DNA of 63,872 nucleotides, counting the filler, from Octopus bimaculoides (taxonomy: Eukaryota): assembly GCF_001194135.2 (NCBI RefSeq). It is 10 parts of 10 records of this genome, joined end to end, with 100 filler letters (N's around TTAATTAATTAA, not from the genome) between each part and the next. Parts side by side here need not be neighbours in the genome. Positions count along the whole stretch, not along the records: positions 43,816 to 50,370 come from NC_068988.1; positions 50,471 to 56,693 come from NC_069009.1; positions 56,794 to 60,333 come from NC_068997.1; positions 60,434 to 62,338 come from NW_026392793.1; 6 more parts are not named here. The stretch is one strand, 5' to 3'. The notes beneath the pieces are model-generated. The model did not search any database. It was given only the letters and a program-made list of their open reading frames with translations, and was not told where the DNA came from. The position numbers and the translations under genes are program-made. Positions 50,082-61,808 of this stretch are shown here, in pieces (within the stretch, counting starts at the first letter, position 1; every line of letters starts with the position of its first letter).

Positions 50082-50370
50082 CCAAATTAAAGGCACGGCT
50101 ATGGGGACGAGGTTTGCTCCCGTTTATGCGAATTCGGTGATGGGTTACTTGGAACAAAAACTCTACCTGGAAATAGAGGAGAGATATAACACCGAATTTA
50201 GGAAGTTTATAGAAAAAGCATGGAAGAGATACCTGGATGATTGCTTCATAATCTGGACCAAACCTCAAAGCATTGTGGAAGAATTTAACACACTCCTGAA
50301 CAACCTACACCCATCCATCCAATTTACAAAGGAGATGAGCAGTAGCAAATTACCATTTCTAGATATAATG
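50082..50370 (+). mobile_element. Penelope-like reverse transcriptase fragment
   Basis: QIKGTAMGTRFAPVYAN..MG..WKRYLDDCFIIW..FNTLLNNLHPSIQFTKE..LPFLDI; uninterrupted frame from (TA)n to the gap. Confidence 0.9.
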
Positions 50371-50470
50371 NNNNNNNNNNNNNNNNNNNNNNNNNNNNNN
50401 NNNNNNNNNNNNNNTTAATTAATTAANNNNNNNNNNNNNNNNNNNNNNNNNNNNNNNNNNNNNNNNNNNN

Positions 50471-50535
50471 GGGGGGTGATGACGACGACCATGTGAATGT
50501 GAGTGTTTGTCAGTGTGGATGTGAGGCCATGTGAT

Positions 50536-50574
<39 letters not shown>

Positions 50575-51012
50575 ATACATGTTAGGGCATGTGTGTTACT
50601 GTATGAGTGTGTGTTAGTGTGAATGTGAGGCCATGTGATTGCGTGTGTATGTGTGTGCGTGCATACGTGTTAGGGTATGTGTGTGTGTTAATGTATGAAT
50701 GTGAGTCAGTGTGAATGTGAGGCCATGTGATTGTGTGTGTGTGTGTGTGTGTGCATACATGTTAGGGCGTGTGTATGTGTGTGAGGCTGTGTGATTGTGT
50801 GCATGTGTGTTAGTGTATGAGTGTGTGCGTGTGGCCATGTGATTGCATGTGTGTGTGTGTGTGTGTATGAGTCTGTCTGTGAATGTGTGTGTATAAGTAT
50901 GTATGTGTGTGTATATGAGTGTATATATACAAGGATATGCATTTGCGTATGTAACTATATGTTTCTGCATATATGTCTGTGTATATGTATATATGCACAG
51001 TCTGCATATGCA

Positions 51013-51053
<41 letters not shown>

Positions 51054-51296
51054 NNNNNNNNNNNNNNNNNNNNNNNNNNNNNNNNNNNNNNNNNNNNNNN
51101 NNNNNNNNNNNNNNNNNNNNNNNNNNNNNNNNNNNNNNNNNNNNNNNNNNNNNNNNNNNNNNNNNNNNNNNNNNNNNNNNNNNNNNNNNNNNNNNNNNNN
51201 NNNNNNNNNNNNNNNNNNNNNNNNNNNNNNNNNNNNNNNNNNNNNNNNNNNNNNNNNNNNNNNNNNNNNNNNNNNNNNNNNNNNNNNNNNNNNNNN

Positions 51297-51336
<40 letters not shown>

Positions 51337-52262
51337 TGTGTGTGTGTATATATGGATATGTATGTTTGTATATGTGTCTATATATAGATATAGGTCTGAA
51401 TATGTGTGTATATGGGTGAATATACATATATGAATGTGTGTGTACATGAATGTCTATATGGATATATGTCTGTGTGTGTTTGTATATATGTGTGTATATA
51501 TGGACAAACATTTGTTTGTGTATGAGTATATATATATGGATATGCATGTGTGTGTGCATATATGGATGTTTGTCTGTGTGTATATATGAGAGTATATACG
51601 GAATGTGTCTATGCATGTGTGTATATATGGGTATGCATCTGTGTATGTATGTAATAGTGTATATCTGTATATGCGCCTGTGTGTATGTATATGAGGGTAT
51701 ATATAGACATGTGTCTGTGTGTGCATGCGTGAGTATGAATGTTTGCATGTGTGTGTGTGTGTATATAAGTTTACGTGTATGTGTATGTCTGCCACTGTGC
51801 ACATCTATGCATATGGACGTGCAACTGTGCATGTGTTTATATGTGTGTATTTGTGTAAGTGTGTGTATATGTGTAAGTACGTGCCTACACATAAGTACAT
51901 GCATGTGTGTCTGAATGTGTGTGTGTCTGCATGTGTCATATGTGTATGCATAAACATGTGTGCATGTATGTGCGTGTACATGATTGCATATGTGCATATG
52001 CTGCTTTGTGTGTGTCTGTGTATATAGATGTGTAACTGCAAGTGTATATATGTTTATGTATGAGTATCTGTGTATGTATATATAAATGAGTCTGTGTGCG
52101 TGTGTGTGTGTGTATTATTGTGTGTGTGTATTTTTCTCTGTATGTATTATTGTGTGTGAGTGGACTTGAATGTGCAAATGTACCTCTCTGTGTGTGTGTG
52201 TGTATTTGTGTACATATATTACTGTGTGAGTGTACTTGTTTGTATGCGTGTGTATACCTGTC

Positions 52263-52299
<37 letters not shown>

Positions 52300-52300
52300 T
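50471..52300. repeat. Degenerate (TG)/(TA) low-complexity field with a higher-order GTGAATGTGAGGCCATGTGATTG unit
   Basis: Unit recurs about four times between 50515 and 50850. Confidence 0.85.
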
Positions 52301-52384
52301 TCCATTGTTTTAATGTGTCATGGTTCTGTATCACTTGCTGAGATTTATTTTTCGAAAATTGAGTCAATATTCTAAATTAAATTG

Positions 52385-52568
52385 TGAAAACAACAACAAC
52401 AACAACAACAGCAGCAACAACATGAAGGACAACAACGACGGTGATGACGGCCGTCAGAACAACGATGGTGACGACAACAACAACAGCTCTAAAACACACA
52501 AGAAAATAATAATAATAATAACAACAACAATAATAATAATAATAGCGACAATGATAATAATAATAATG

Positions 52569-52604
<36 letters not shown>

Positions 52605-52613
52605 GCGACAATG

Positions 52614-52662
<49 letters not shown>

Positions 52663-52733
52663 TAATAATAATAATAATGATAATGATAATAATAATAATA
52701 ATGATAATAATAATAATAATAATAGCGACAATG

Positions 52734-52769
<36 letters not shown>

Positions 52770-52770
52770 G
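52385..52770. repeat. (AAC)n and (AAT)n trinucleotide arrays
   Basis: Directly visible; gives the poly-Ile/Leu ORFs. Confidence 0.95.
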
Positions 52771-52849
52771 GATTAAATTAGAATATTACACAGGAGTAAA
52801 AGTAAAACATCAACACCAGGAAGAGTAAATACAAATACAGGAGTAACAA

Positions 52850-52888
<39 letters not shown>

Positions 52889-52970
52889 CATATATATATA
52901 TATACATACATACATATATATATATATATACATGTGTGTCTGTGACTGTATATATGTGTGTATGCCTGTG

Positions 52971-53005
<35 letters not shown>

Positions 53006-53351
53006 TTGTGTGTGTATATATGTGTGTATCTGTGTATGTATGTTTGTGTATGCATGTACATATGCAACATATTTAACATAAGCATCATCACCAGAAACAG
53101 CAGCAGAAGCAACAAAGCACCCACTGCAGCAGCAGCAGCAACAGACAGATCAAAATAAGTAAATATAACAAAACAGGGACACATACAAGAACAAGAACAA
53201 CATGTGTTATGTCAGCACATAAGCAACATATTTAAAAAGCAACAACAATAAACAACACTGGCAACGGCAGCAAAACTAGAGAAACATTAACAACGCCACA
53301 AAATATGTATATTAATACATAAGCAACAAATACGTAAACACAACAACGGCA

Positions 53352-53358
53352 CGAAGAA

Positions 53359-53393
<35 letters not shown>

Positions 53394-53720
53394 AGAAGAA
53401 GAAGAAGAAGAAGAAGAAGAAGAAGAAGAAGAAGAAGAAGAAGAAGAAGAAGAAGAAGAAGAATTGGAAGAAGAAGACGAAGAAGAAGACGAAGAAGAAG
53501 ACGAAGAAGAAGAAGAAGAAGAAGAAGAAGAATTGGAAGAAGAAGAAGAAGAAGAAGAAGAAGAAGAAGAAGAAGAAAAAGAAGAAGAAAAAGATGAAGA
53601 AGAAGAAGATTTGGAAGAAGAAGAAGAAGAAGAAGAAGAAGAAGAAGAAGAAAAAGAAGAAGAAAAAGAAGAAGAATAAGAAGAAAAAGAAGAAGAAAAT
53701 GAAGAAGAAGAATTGAAGGA
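53352..53720. repeat. Long interrupted (GAA)n tract
   Basis: Directly visible, about 360 bp. Confidence 0.95.
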
Positions 53721-54204
53721 GGAACAACAACAGTGATAACAAAACTAGTGAAACATCAATACACGAACAACAACAAAATATGTATATTAATACACAAGCA
53801 ACAAATAAGTAAAGACAACAGTCATCATGGCAACAAGAAGAGTAACAACAACACCAAAAGTACCGATACTTTAACAGCACAATAAAATTATGTATAACAA
53901 TACACCAGCAACAAATAACTGAAGAGAAGAACAGCAACAGAAGTTTAAAAGGAGGGTGAGTGTGTGGGTTGGAGTCAAAATAACAATGAACATCAACAAT
54001 TTTTTAAAAACCACAAAGACGTTGGAATGCTTAGCTGAGGGTAGGTAAGGGTGGATTGTCATAGAAACTACAATAATGGCTTAGTAACGACAACAACAAT
54101 GGAATAAGTGAGGGTGGGCATGGGTGGATTGTATAGAAAGAATAATCGTTCTTTTTAATGTGGGTACATGAATTGAAATCTTGATGAGAGGGGCTAATCA
54201 ATTT

Positions 54205-54365
54205 GATTGACTCCAGTGCATAACTGGTACTTATTTTATCAACTATGAAAGGGTGAAAGGAAAGGTAAAGTTGACCTCAGCAGAATTTGAACTCAGAATG
54301 TCAAGACAGCTGAGCTGCAACTAAGTATTTCGTCTGGCATACTAATCATTCTGCTCGCTTGCTGC
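54205..54365 (-). mobile_element. Family B SINE, degenerate
   Basis: CCAGTGCATAACTGGTACTTATTTTATC..GAAAGG..AAAGTTGACCTC..GAATTTGAACTCAG. Confidence 0.7.
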
Positions 54366-54409
54366 CTTAATAATTAAAAAAAAAACTAATAATAATAATA
54401 ATCATCATC

Positions 54410-54695
54410 GTTTAACGTCCGCTTTCCATGCTAGCATGGGTTGGACGATTTGACTGAGGACTGGTGAAACCGGATAGCTGCACTAGGCTCCAATCTGATT
54501 TGGCAGAGTTTCTACATCTGGATGCCCTTCCTAAGGCCAACCACTCAGAGAGCGTAGTGGGTGCTTTTACGTGTCACCCGCACGAAAACGGCCACGCTCG
54601 AAATGGTGTCTTTTATGTGCCACCCGCACAAGCCAGTCCAGGGGCACTGGCAACGATCTCGCTCGAAAATCCTACGGGAGCCAGTCAGGCGGTAC
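54410..54695 (-). mobile_element. Retroposon 3' tail (family F) ending in (TGA)n
   Basis: Minus strand AAGGGCATCCAG.TGTAGAAAC..CGTCCAACCCATGCTAGCATGGAAAGCGGACGTTAAACGATGATG; homolog at 56025-56310. Confidence 0.7.
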
Positions 54696-55571
54696 NNNNN
54701 NNNNNNNNNNNNNNNNNNNNNNNNNNNNNNNNNNNNNNNNNNNNNNNNNNNNNNNNNNNNNNNNNNNNNNNNNNNNNNNNNNNNNNNNNNNNNNNNNNNN
54801 NNNNNNNNNNNNNNNNNNNNNNNNNNNNNNNNNNNNNNNNNNNNNNNNNNNNNNNNNNNNNNNNNNNNNNNNNNNNNNNNNNNNNNNNNNNNNNNNNNNN
54901 NNNNNNNNNNNNNNNNNNNNNNNNNNNNNNNNNNNNNNNNNNNNNNNNNNNNNNNNNNNNNNNNNNNNNNNNNNNNNNNNNNNNNNNNNNNNNNNNNNNN
55001 NNNNNNNNNNNNNNNNNNNNNNNNNNNNNNNNNNNNNNNNNNNNNNNNNNNNNNNNNNNNNNNNNNNNNNNNNNNNNNNNNNNNNNNNNNNNNNNNNNNN
55101 NNNNNNNNNNNNNNNNNNNNNNNNNNNNNNNNNNNNNNNNNNNNNNNNNNNNNNNNNNNNNNNNNNNNNNNNNNNNNNNNNNNNNNNNNNNNNNNNNNNN
55201 NNNNNNNNNNNNNNNNNNNNNNNNNNNNNNNNNNNNNNNNNNNNNNNNNNNNNNNNNNNNNNNNNNNNNNNNNNNNNNNNNNNNNNNNNNNNNNNNNNNN
55301 NNNNNNNNNNNNNNNNNNNNNNNNNNNNNNNNNNNNNNNNNNNNNNNNNNNNNNNNNNNNNNNNNNNNNNNNNNNNNNNNNNNNNNNNNNNNNNNNNNNN
55401 NNNNNNNNNNNNNNNNNNNNNNNNNNNNNNNNNNNNNNNNNNNNNNNNNNNNNNNNNNNNNNNNNNNNNNNNNNNNNNNNNNNNNNNNNNNNNNNNNNNN
55501 NNNNNNNNNNNNNNNNNNNNNNNNNNNNNNNNNNNNNNNNTGTATATATATATATGTATATATAGTCTGTC

Positions 55572-55621
55572 ATACCGGCCATGACGAAAGGAAATAGCCC
55601 TGAAACTCGAGTCGCCTTTAT
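55572..55621 (+). ncRNA. Minimal type-I hammerhead motif with palindromic stem III (GUC site after 55613), slightly mutated
   Basis: GGC-C(A)TGACGA-AAGG-AAATAG-CCCT-GAAAC-TCGA-GTC-GCC; ACTCGAGT is palindromic as in dimeric PLE hammerheads. Confidence 0.6.
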
Positions 55622-56024
55622 ATATTTATATTTATATATTTGATCCTTTATATTGAACACTCAATATTTCATCTACATTCAATACTTTATTTCATGGTGC
55701 CATCCATTTTTATTTTATTTTATTTTATATTATATATTGTATATTATATTATATATTGTATATTCCATATTCTATACCCCACATTGGTTCTGCAGGAATA
55801 TAAATAAAACATAAAAAACAGACAGTGTTGGAACTCTTTTAAACAAAATAATATATTCCTCTATACACAATCATACAAAAAAAACCACCTTTCTTGTATT
55901 TATTTTTACTAGCATATATATATATACATATACATATACACAAACACACACACAAACATATATATATATCTACGTACATATAGACATATATATGTGTGTG
56001 TGTGTGTGTATATATGGGCTTCAT

Positions 56025-56310
56025 AGAGGCAGTGACAGGTGACTGAGACCTTCAGTGATACACCATGTTTGTGGAAATCAGTTAAGTCAAGTGAGACCAT
56101 GGCTGATGTCCGCGCCAGGCCAATGGCACCCATGCCAGTGGCATGTAAAAACACCCACTACACTCTTGGAGTTGTGGGTGTTAAGAAGAACATCAAACTG
56201 TAGAAACCTTGCCATACCAGATCGGAGACTGGTACAGCTGCCCAACGTTCAGTCAAACTGTCCAACCCATGCCAGCATGGAAAATGGATGTTAAATGATG
56301 ATGATTTCAG
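56025..56310 (+). mobile_element. Family F retroposon 3' segment
   Basis: CACCCACTACACTC..TGTAGAAAC..GTCCAACCCATGCCAGCATGGAAAATGGATGTTAAATGATGATG. Confidence 0.7.
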
Positions 56311-56319
56311 GCTTCTTTC

Positions 56320-56690
56320 AGTTCCCATCTACCAAATCCACTTATGAGGCTTTGATCAACCCAAGGCTATAGTAAAAGACACCTATGCAAGATGTCACGC
56401 TGTGGAACTGAACTTGAAACCATGTGATCGGGAAGCAAATTACTTACCGCACAGCCACACTTGCATTTACTCTTTTACTCTTTTACTTGTTTCAGTCATG
56501 TGACTGTGGCCATGCTGGAGCACCGCCTTTTAGTCGAGCAAATCGACCCCAGGACTTATTCTTTGGAAGCCTAGTACTTATTCTATCGATCTCTTTTTGC
56601 CGAACCGCTAAGTTACGGGGACGTAAGCACACCAGCATCGGTTGTCAAGCAATGATGGGCGGACAAACACAGACACACATACATATATAT
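56320..56690 (-). mobile_element. Family A SINE head followed by a second family A tail
   Basis: Head 56320-56460 and consensus tail 56465-56690. Confidence 0.8.
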
Positions 56691-56793
56691 ATANNNNNNN
56701 NNNNNNNNNNNNNNNNNNNNNNNNNNNNNNNNNNNNNTTAATTAATTAANNNNNNNNNNNNNNNNNNNNNNNNNNNNNNNNNNNNNNNNNNNN

Positions 56794-57050
56794 AGCTCAC
56801 GCAACCACTGTGTAGTATTGCGATATAACAGTGGCGACGAGGATTCGCAGCTCACGCAACCACTGTGTAGTATTGCGATATAACAGTGGCGACGAGGATT
56901 CGCAGCTCACGCAACTACTGTGTAGTATTGCGATATAACAGTGGCGACGAGGATTCGCAGCTCACGCAACTACTATGTAGTATTGCGATATAACAGTGGC
57001 GACGAAGATTCGCAGCTCACACAACCACCGTGTAGTATTACGATATAACA
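56794..57050 (+). repeat. 55-bp tandem array (4.7 units visible) containing a tRNA-Ser primer-binding site
   Basis: Unit AGCTCACGCAACCACTG-TGTAGTATTGCGATATAACA-G-TGGCGACGAGGAT-TCGC starting at 56794, 56849, 56904, 56959 and 57014 (partial). Confidence 0.9.
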
Positions 57051-58059
57051 GGTACTTAGGCAGTGTGTTACATATCCCAGTGACCCAATAATTACAGGTA
57101 TAAACCTGAACTTGTAATCTGGGTAGAGTAACTGCAGATTTCTCAATAGTTCAGCTTACGTATTCTTTTTTTTTTTTAGTTGATCTTTAACTTTATGTTA
57201 ACATCTGCTGGGCAGCTGATTTCCAAAACTGTACACAGTTTGTCTTCTTTATCCCAAATCACTATGCCAGGTGTGTTATGCATGTATGTTATGTATGTGT
57301 GTGTGTGTGTGTAGTGAAATTGGTTGTATTTTGAATAGGTTATCAATTGTGTGTGCGGTGTAGCCTATTGTTTTCGTTTTTTTTTATATAGGTAAACGAA
57401 TGTATGTCTGCGTGTGTATTTTGTGTGTGAGAGAGAGAGGGGGGAGAGAGTGTGTGTGCGTGTACGCATATCTGTGCCTGAGCCTGTACACATTTGTATG
57501 TGTTTTCACGTGTGCGTGGATGTGTGTGGTTGTGTGTCCTTGTTTGTGTGTGCATTTTCGTGTGTGTATACGCGTGTGTGTGTGTGTGTATGTGTATGTG
57601 TGTGTATGCGTGTGTGTGTGTGCGTGTGTGTGCGTGTGTGTGCGTGTGTGTGGATATGTATGGCTGTGTACTGGAATCGCTCATAATTACATGTATTTAA
57701 CTTCATGGGTTTCTGAATCAAATTAGAATCGAAACCTTGTCTAAACACCCGAGAGACTCATCGCAAAGACACATGTGTGAGTGTTTACTTATGTGTGATT
57801 TGATTTCATTGCAGTGCAGTTTTAGTTTCTACCAGATGAGAAGGCGGCCGGAGTATGAAGAAGAATATTTCTTCTGCCTCTCCATAGAGTACTTATTACA
57901 TCTTGTAGTGGAGAACATGTCATACTTCGTAATGTAATGTAACAAATGATTTTGAGGAGCTTTAATCGAAATAACTTTGGCTAATAAATCCCCTCTTTAC
58001 TTCCCGACAGATAATTCTGGGAAATCTCTTCACTTCTTTCCGAGCAGTATTTTAGGCGA

Positions 58060-58170
58060 AGGTAATGAAGAGATCTGACCTTTCATAAACTATGACGTCG
58101 GTCACTTTGATCTTGGTTTCTTTCATGCATGTATCATAAAATTCCTGTGAAACTAATTGAAAGAATTCAC
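58060..58170 (-). mobile_element. Possible mariner C-terminal remnant
   Basis: FFQLVSQEFYDTCMKETKIKVTDVIVYE resembles the mariner end FF..K..EFY..GI..L..RW..VI...G.Y. Confidence 0.3.
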
Positions 58171-58915
58171 AACTCTATTTGTCAGTCCCATTGCCGCCAA
58201 TAGTGTTAATATCATTTATATGATCAATCTGAGACCATGTGATCTATTATTTTTATTTTATTTCTTTTCTTTTCATTTCCTTTTTTTCTTTTTTTTTTTT
58301 GCGTGTGTCTATTTATAAATATATGGTAACTTTTCTGTCTCTACTATAAGTATACAAGCGGAACAAAAATTGATACCGTCACAACGATTTGAAGTAGCTA
58401 TTGTGAATCCTTAAGTAGCCTGAATAAATAGGAATGCATTTGTTCTCTGAATTTTAGAAATTCCAGAATTCCATCCAACTTCCCTACACACACAGATAAG
58501 TGAATATAAAATAATGCTATATTATATATGTGTGTCGTAATTATACTTTTGGTGTTATTGTTCCAATATTTTAAAACAATGTCTCTTTTTCCATGCTTCT
58601 GGCCACTCGTGATGGCAGTAGATTGATTGCAGATTCATAAAAAGATATCATTTGAAGTAACTTTTACTTGTTTCAGTCATTAAAGTGCGACCATGTTGGG
58701 ACACCGCCTTGAAAAGTTTAGTTAAGCAAATCGACTGGGGTGATTTGGAAGATGTGAAGAAATGCCGTCTTTTCAGTGGAGCACTTCTTTGTAGGCAGCG
58801 TTTCTCGTTTTCCCTTCTGATGCACAAATGTATAGATAAACGGACAGACAGATAGATGGACAGATAGGCAGACAGACAGACACCCAGACAGAGACCCAAA
58901 CAGACAGGTAGATAG

Positions 58916-58965
<50 letters not shown>

Positions 58966-59042
58966 ACGGACAGACAGATAGATGGACAGATAGGCAGACA
59001 GACAGACACCCAGACAGAGACCTAGATAGACAGGCAGAGATA

Positions 59043-59218
59043 CATTTCTTTTATTAGCCACACAGGGCTCAACAAAGATGGGACGAATACAATGTAGAGC
59101 TTTTCTTTTTGGGAAGGGGAAGGAAAAAGAAAAAAGTAAGGGTGGGTGTCGATCAAAAGGGATCGTAGGAAGGAAAAAAGGGGGGAGTTCGATCAAAAGG
59201 GATCGAGAGAAAAAAAAA
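59043..59218 (-). mobile_element. 5'-truncated Tx1-like LINE 3' end with 15-bp target-site duplication
   Basis: Minus-strand end GTCCCATCTTTGTTGAGCCCTGTGTGGCTAATAAAAGAAAT resembles 11388-11425; flanked by AGACAGGCAGAGATA at 59028-59042 and 59219-59233. Confidence 0.7.
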
Positions 59219-59792
59219 AGACAGGCAGAGATAGATAGATAGATAGATAGATAGATAGTTTGAATGATTGATTTGTTGACTGATAAGATTAAAGGGTATC
59301 TTATAATCTCCAGGAAGTATTACCTAACCCGCATAATACACTTCTTTGTGATAAAATATTAAATGTTATATTACGGCTCAAAACATTTCAGACGTTCAAA
59401 GTCAAACACTGGCAGCGGCGTACGCAATGTTGTTTTGGGGAGATAAAGATTGTTGCCAGGGGTGAGACAATCATATATATATATATATATGCTGTCACAC
59501 CTGTGAACGTGTATGAGTATGTGCAAGAATATCTATGTGTGTGCGTGTGTGTACGTATATGTGCAAGCAGTGTGTGTGTGTGTGTGTCTGTATGTGTGCG
59601 CGCACGCATATATCGTTGCCGCCTGATATGGATAAAACCCTATGGTTACGCAGGTATGCATAGACACAAATATACACACGCGCACACTTATATACATGCA
59701 CATACACACACACATACTGCACACACGAAGTACACACGTTCTAACAAACACATATACACACTCACACATACACATACATACGTACACATGCT

Positions 59793-59825
<33 letters not shown>

Positions 59826-60209
59826 ATACACGACGATTGACCCAGCATACCACTGACACGTGCAACATTATGCTGTTTCTCAAAGAGGATCAGCATGATA
59901 CAGTGTGTATGTGTGTGTGACAGAGAGACAGACAGACAGACAGAAACAGAGAGAGTCAGACAGACAGACAGCGACAAGACTGTACCGTTTGAATTACCGT
60001 ACATTTCACCCGAAGGGCTTCTATACAATTTCCGCCTACTCAGTTTTGCTCACCAGTTATTATAGGTCGATTCGGTGGTGTGGAACATTACGTTTGCACA
60101 AGACGCCGTACAACAGGGCCGAACCCGGACCTTACGGTTGCAAACTAGGCCTCTGAACCATTCGGCTACACTGCATCAACAAACGCTACACACATGTGTG
60201 TGTATATAT

Positions 60210-60241
<32 letters not shown>

Positions 60242-60276
60242 TGTATGTATGTATGTATGTATACGTACATACATAC

Positions 60277-60320
<44 letters not shown>

Positions 60321-60433
60321 ATATACTATTTTANNNNNNNNNNNNNNNNNNNNNNNNNNNNNNNNNNNNNNNNNNNNTTAATTAATTAANNNNNNNNNNN
60401 NNNNNNNNNNNNNNNNNNNNNNNNNNNNNNNNN

Positions 60434-61808
60434 CCTGCTGCTGCGGCCTGGATTACCTTACCGGAATACCTATACTGGAATCCCTTTTATTTGGAGTACC
60501 TTATTGGAATACCTGTAGGCCAGGATTAACGCTGTGGCCAGAAGGGTGTTGCTGTGACTTGAACTGTCTTCCTTCCTTCTTTTCCTCTGCTCTGTCTTTC
60601 TGTTCCTTTTGTATTTATTTATTTATTTATTTATTGCTGTGAACCTTCGTGGAATTTTTTGTGGAACATTTTGAACTTTTTTTGAAAGCATGACAAAAAA
60701 GAGTAACACCATGTTGGAGTCGGAGCTTGTCCCACCCAAGAAGTGGTTGAAAGACTTCAGGGAAAGAACAGTGGTGTTACGGACCTACTCTAGGTCAATC
60801 GACACCATTACGATCTTTCCCAAAATTGAAATTGAAAAAGAGTTTGCAGAATATATGCCAACTATTAAGTTTATTGCAAGGGGTGTAACATACGCGACAG
60901 TCAGTTTGCTATTTGACACCCCTGAGGTGGCTCGCAAATTTGTGAGCCAGCCCTTAGAAGGAGAAANNNNNNNNNNNNNNNNNNNNNNNNNNNNNNNNNN
61001 NNNNNNNNNNNNNNNNNNNNNNNNNNNNNNNNNNNNNNNNNNNNNNNNNNNNNNNNNNNNNNNNNNNNNNNNNNNNNNNNNNNNNNNNNNNNNNNNNNNN
61101 NNNNNNNNNNNNNNNNNNNNNNNNNNNNNNNNNNNNNNNNNNNNNNNNNNNNNNNNNNNNNNNNNNNNNNNNNNNNNNNNNNNNNNNNNNNNNNNNNNNN
61201 NNNNNNNNNNNNNNNNNNNNNNNNNGACGGGGTCTGGGTGGCAGTGGAGCCAAGCTCCTAAATGTGAAAATTTTACCTACAGCTGATTGGGTTGGGTCAA
61301 AAGCGGTTTTGACCCTGTGGATCCAATGAGCCAGGGATCTGGTATTCCCGGATTTTTTAGGATGGCTGGGCATAGATATCCGGTGATTCTTGAGGGACGT
61401 AAACCCAAGTGTCACCGGTGTCTGAAGCCCGGCCTCATCAAGAAACAATGTCCCCAGGACCACAGTAAGGTCCTGGAACAGTTAATAAATGTTGTTCCCC
61501 CCGCTCTCCCAGTGGAGGGAGAGACGGAGGAAGTCTTGGAGGTGGAAACCTCCTCGAAAAAAGGGAAAAAAAGGAAGAAGGTGGGAAACAATCGTTGCCC
61601 ACTGAAAGTTGCGGGGGAGCAGGAGGACCTTCCGCAAAAGTGGAAGTGTGCACTACTTCAGCGGCCCCCCAAAAAAAGAAAAAAAAGAAGAACGGGACAC
61701 GGCCAGCACTTGATAGTGACCGCCGGCGTGTCCCGATACACCGTTGGTGGGAATTGTGACAACAATGGAGGAAAGCCTTTCGGCAGGAATTGTGTCGCCA
61801 ACAGCTGA
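60434..61808 (+). mobile_element. LINE (Tx1-like) 5' UTR and ORF1 with zinc knuckle, gap-interrupted
   Basis: ORF from 60690 (RERTVVLRTY..FDTPEVARKF) and after the gap YPVILEGRKPKCHRCLKPGLIKKQCP (CCHC knuckle with H-to-L change) followed by a K/E-rich tail. Confidence 0.7.

Noticed and set aside
56794-57050. CRISPR-like array
   Set aside because: Units are end-to-end near-identical with no unique spacers and no cas genes; it is a tandem repeat.
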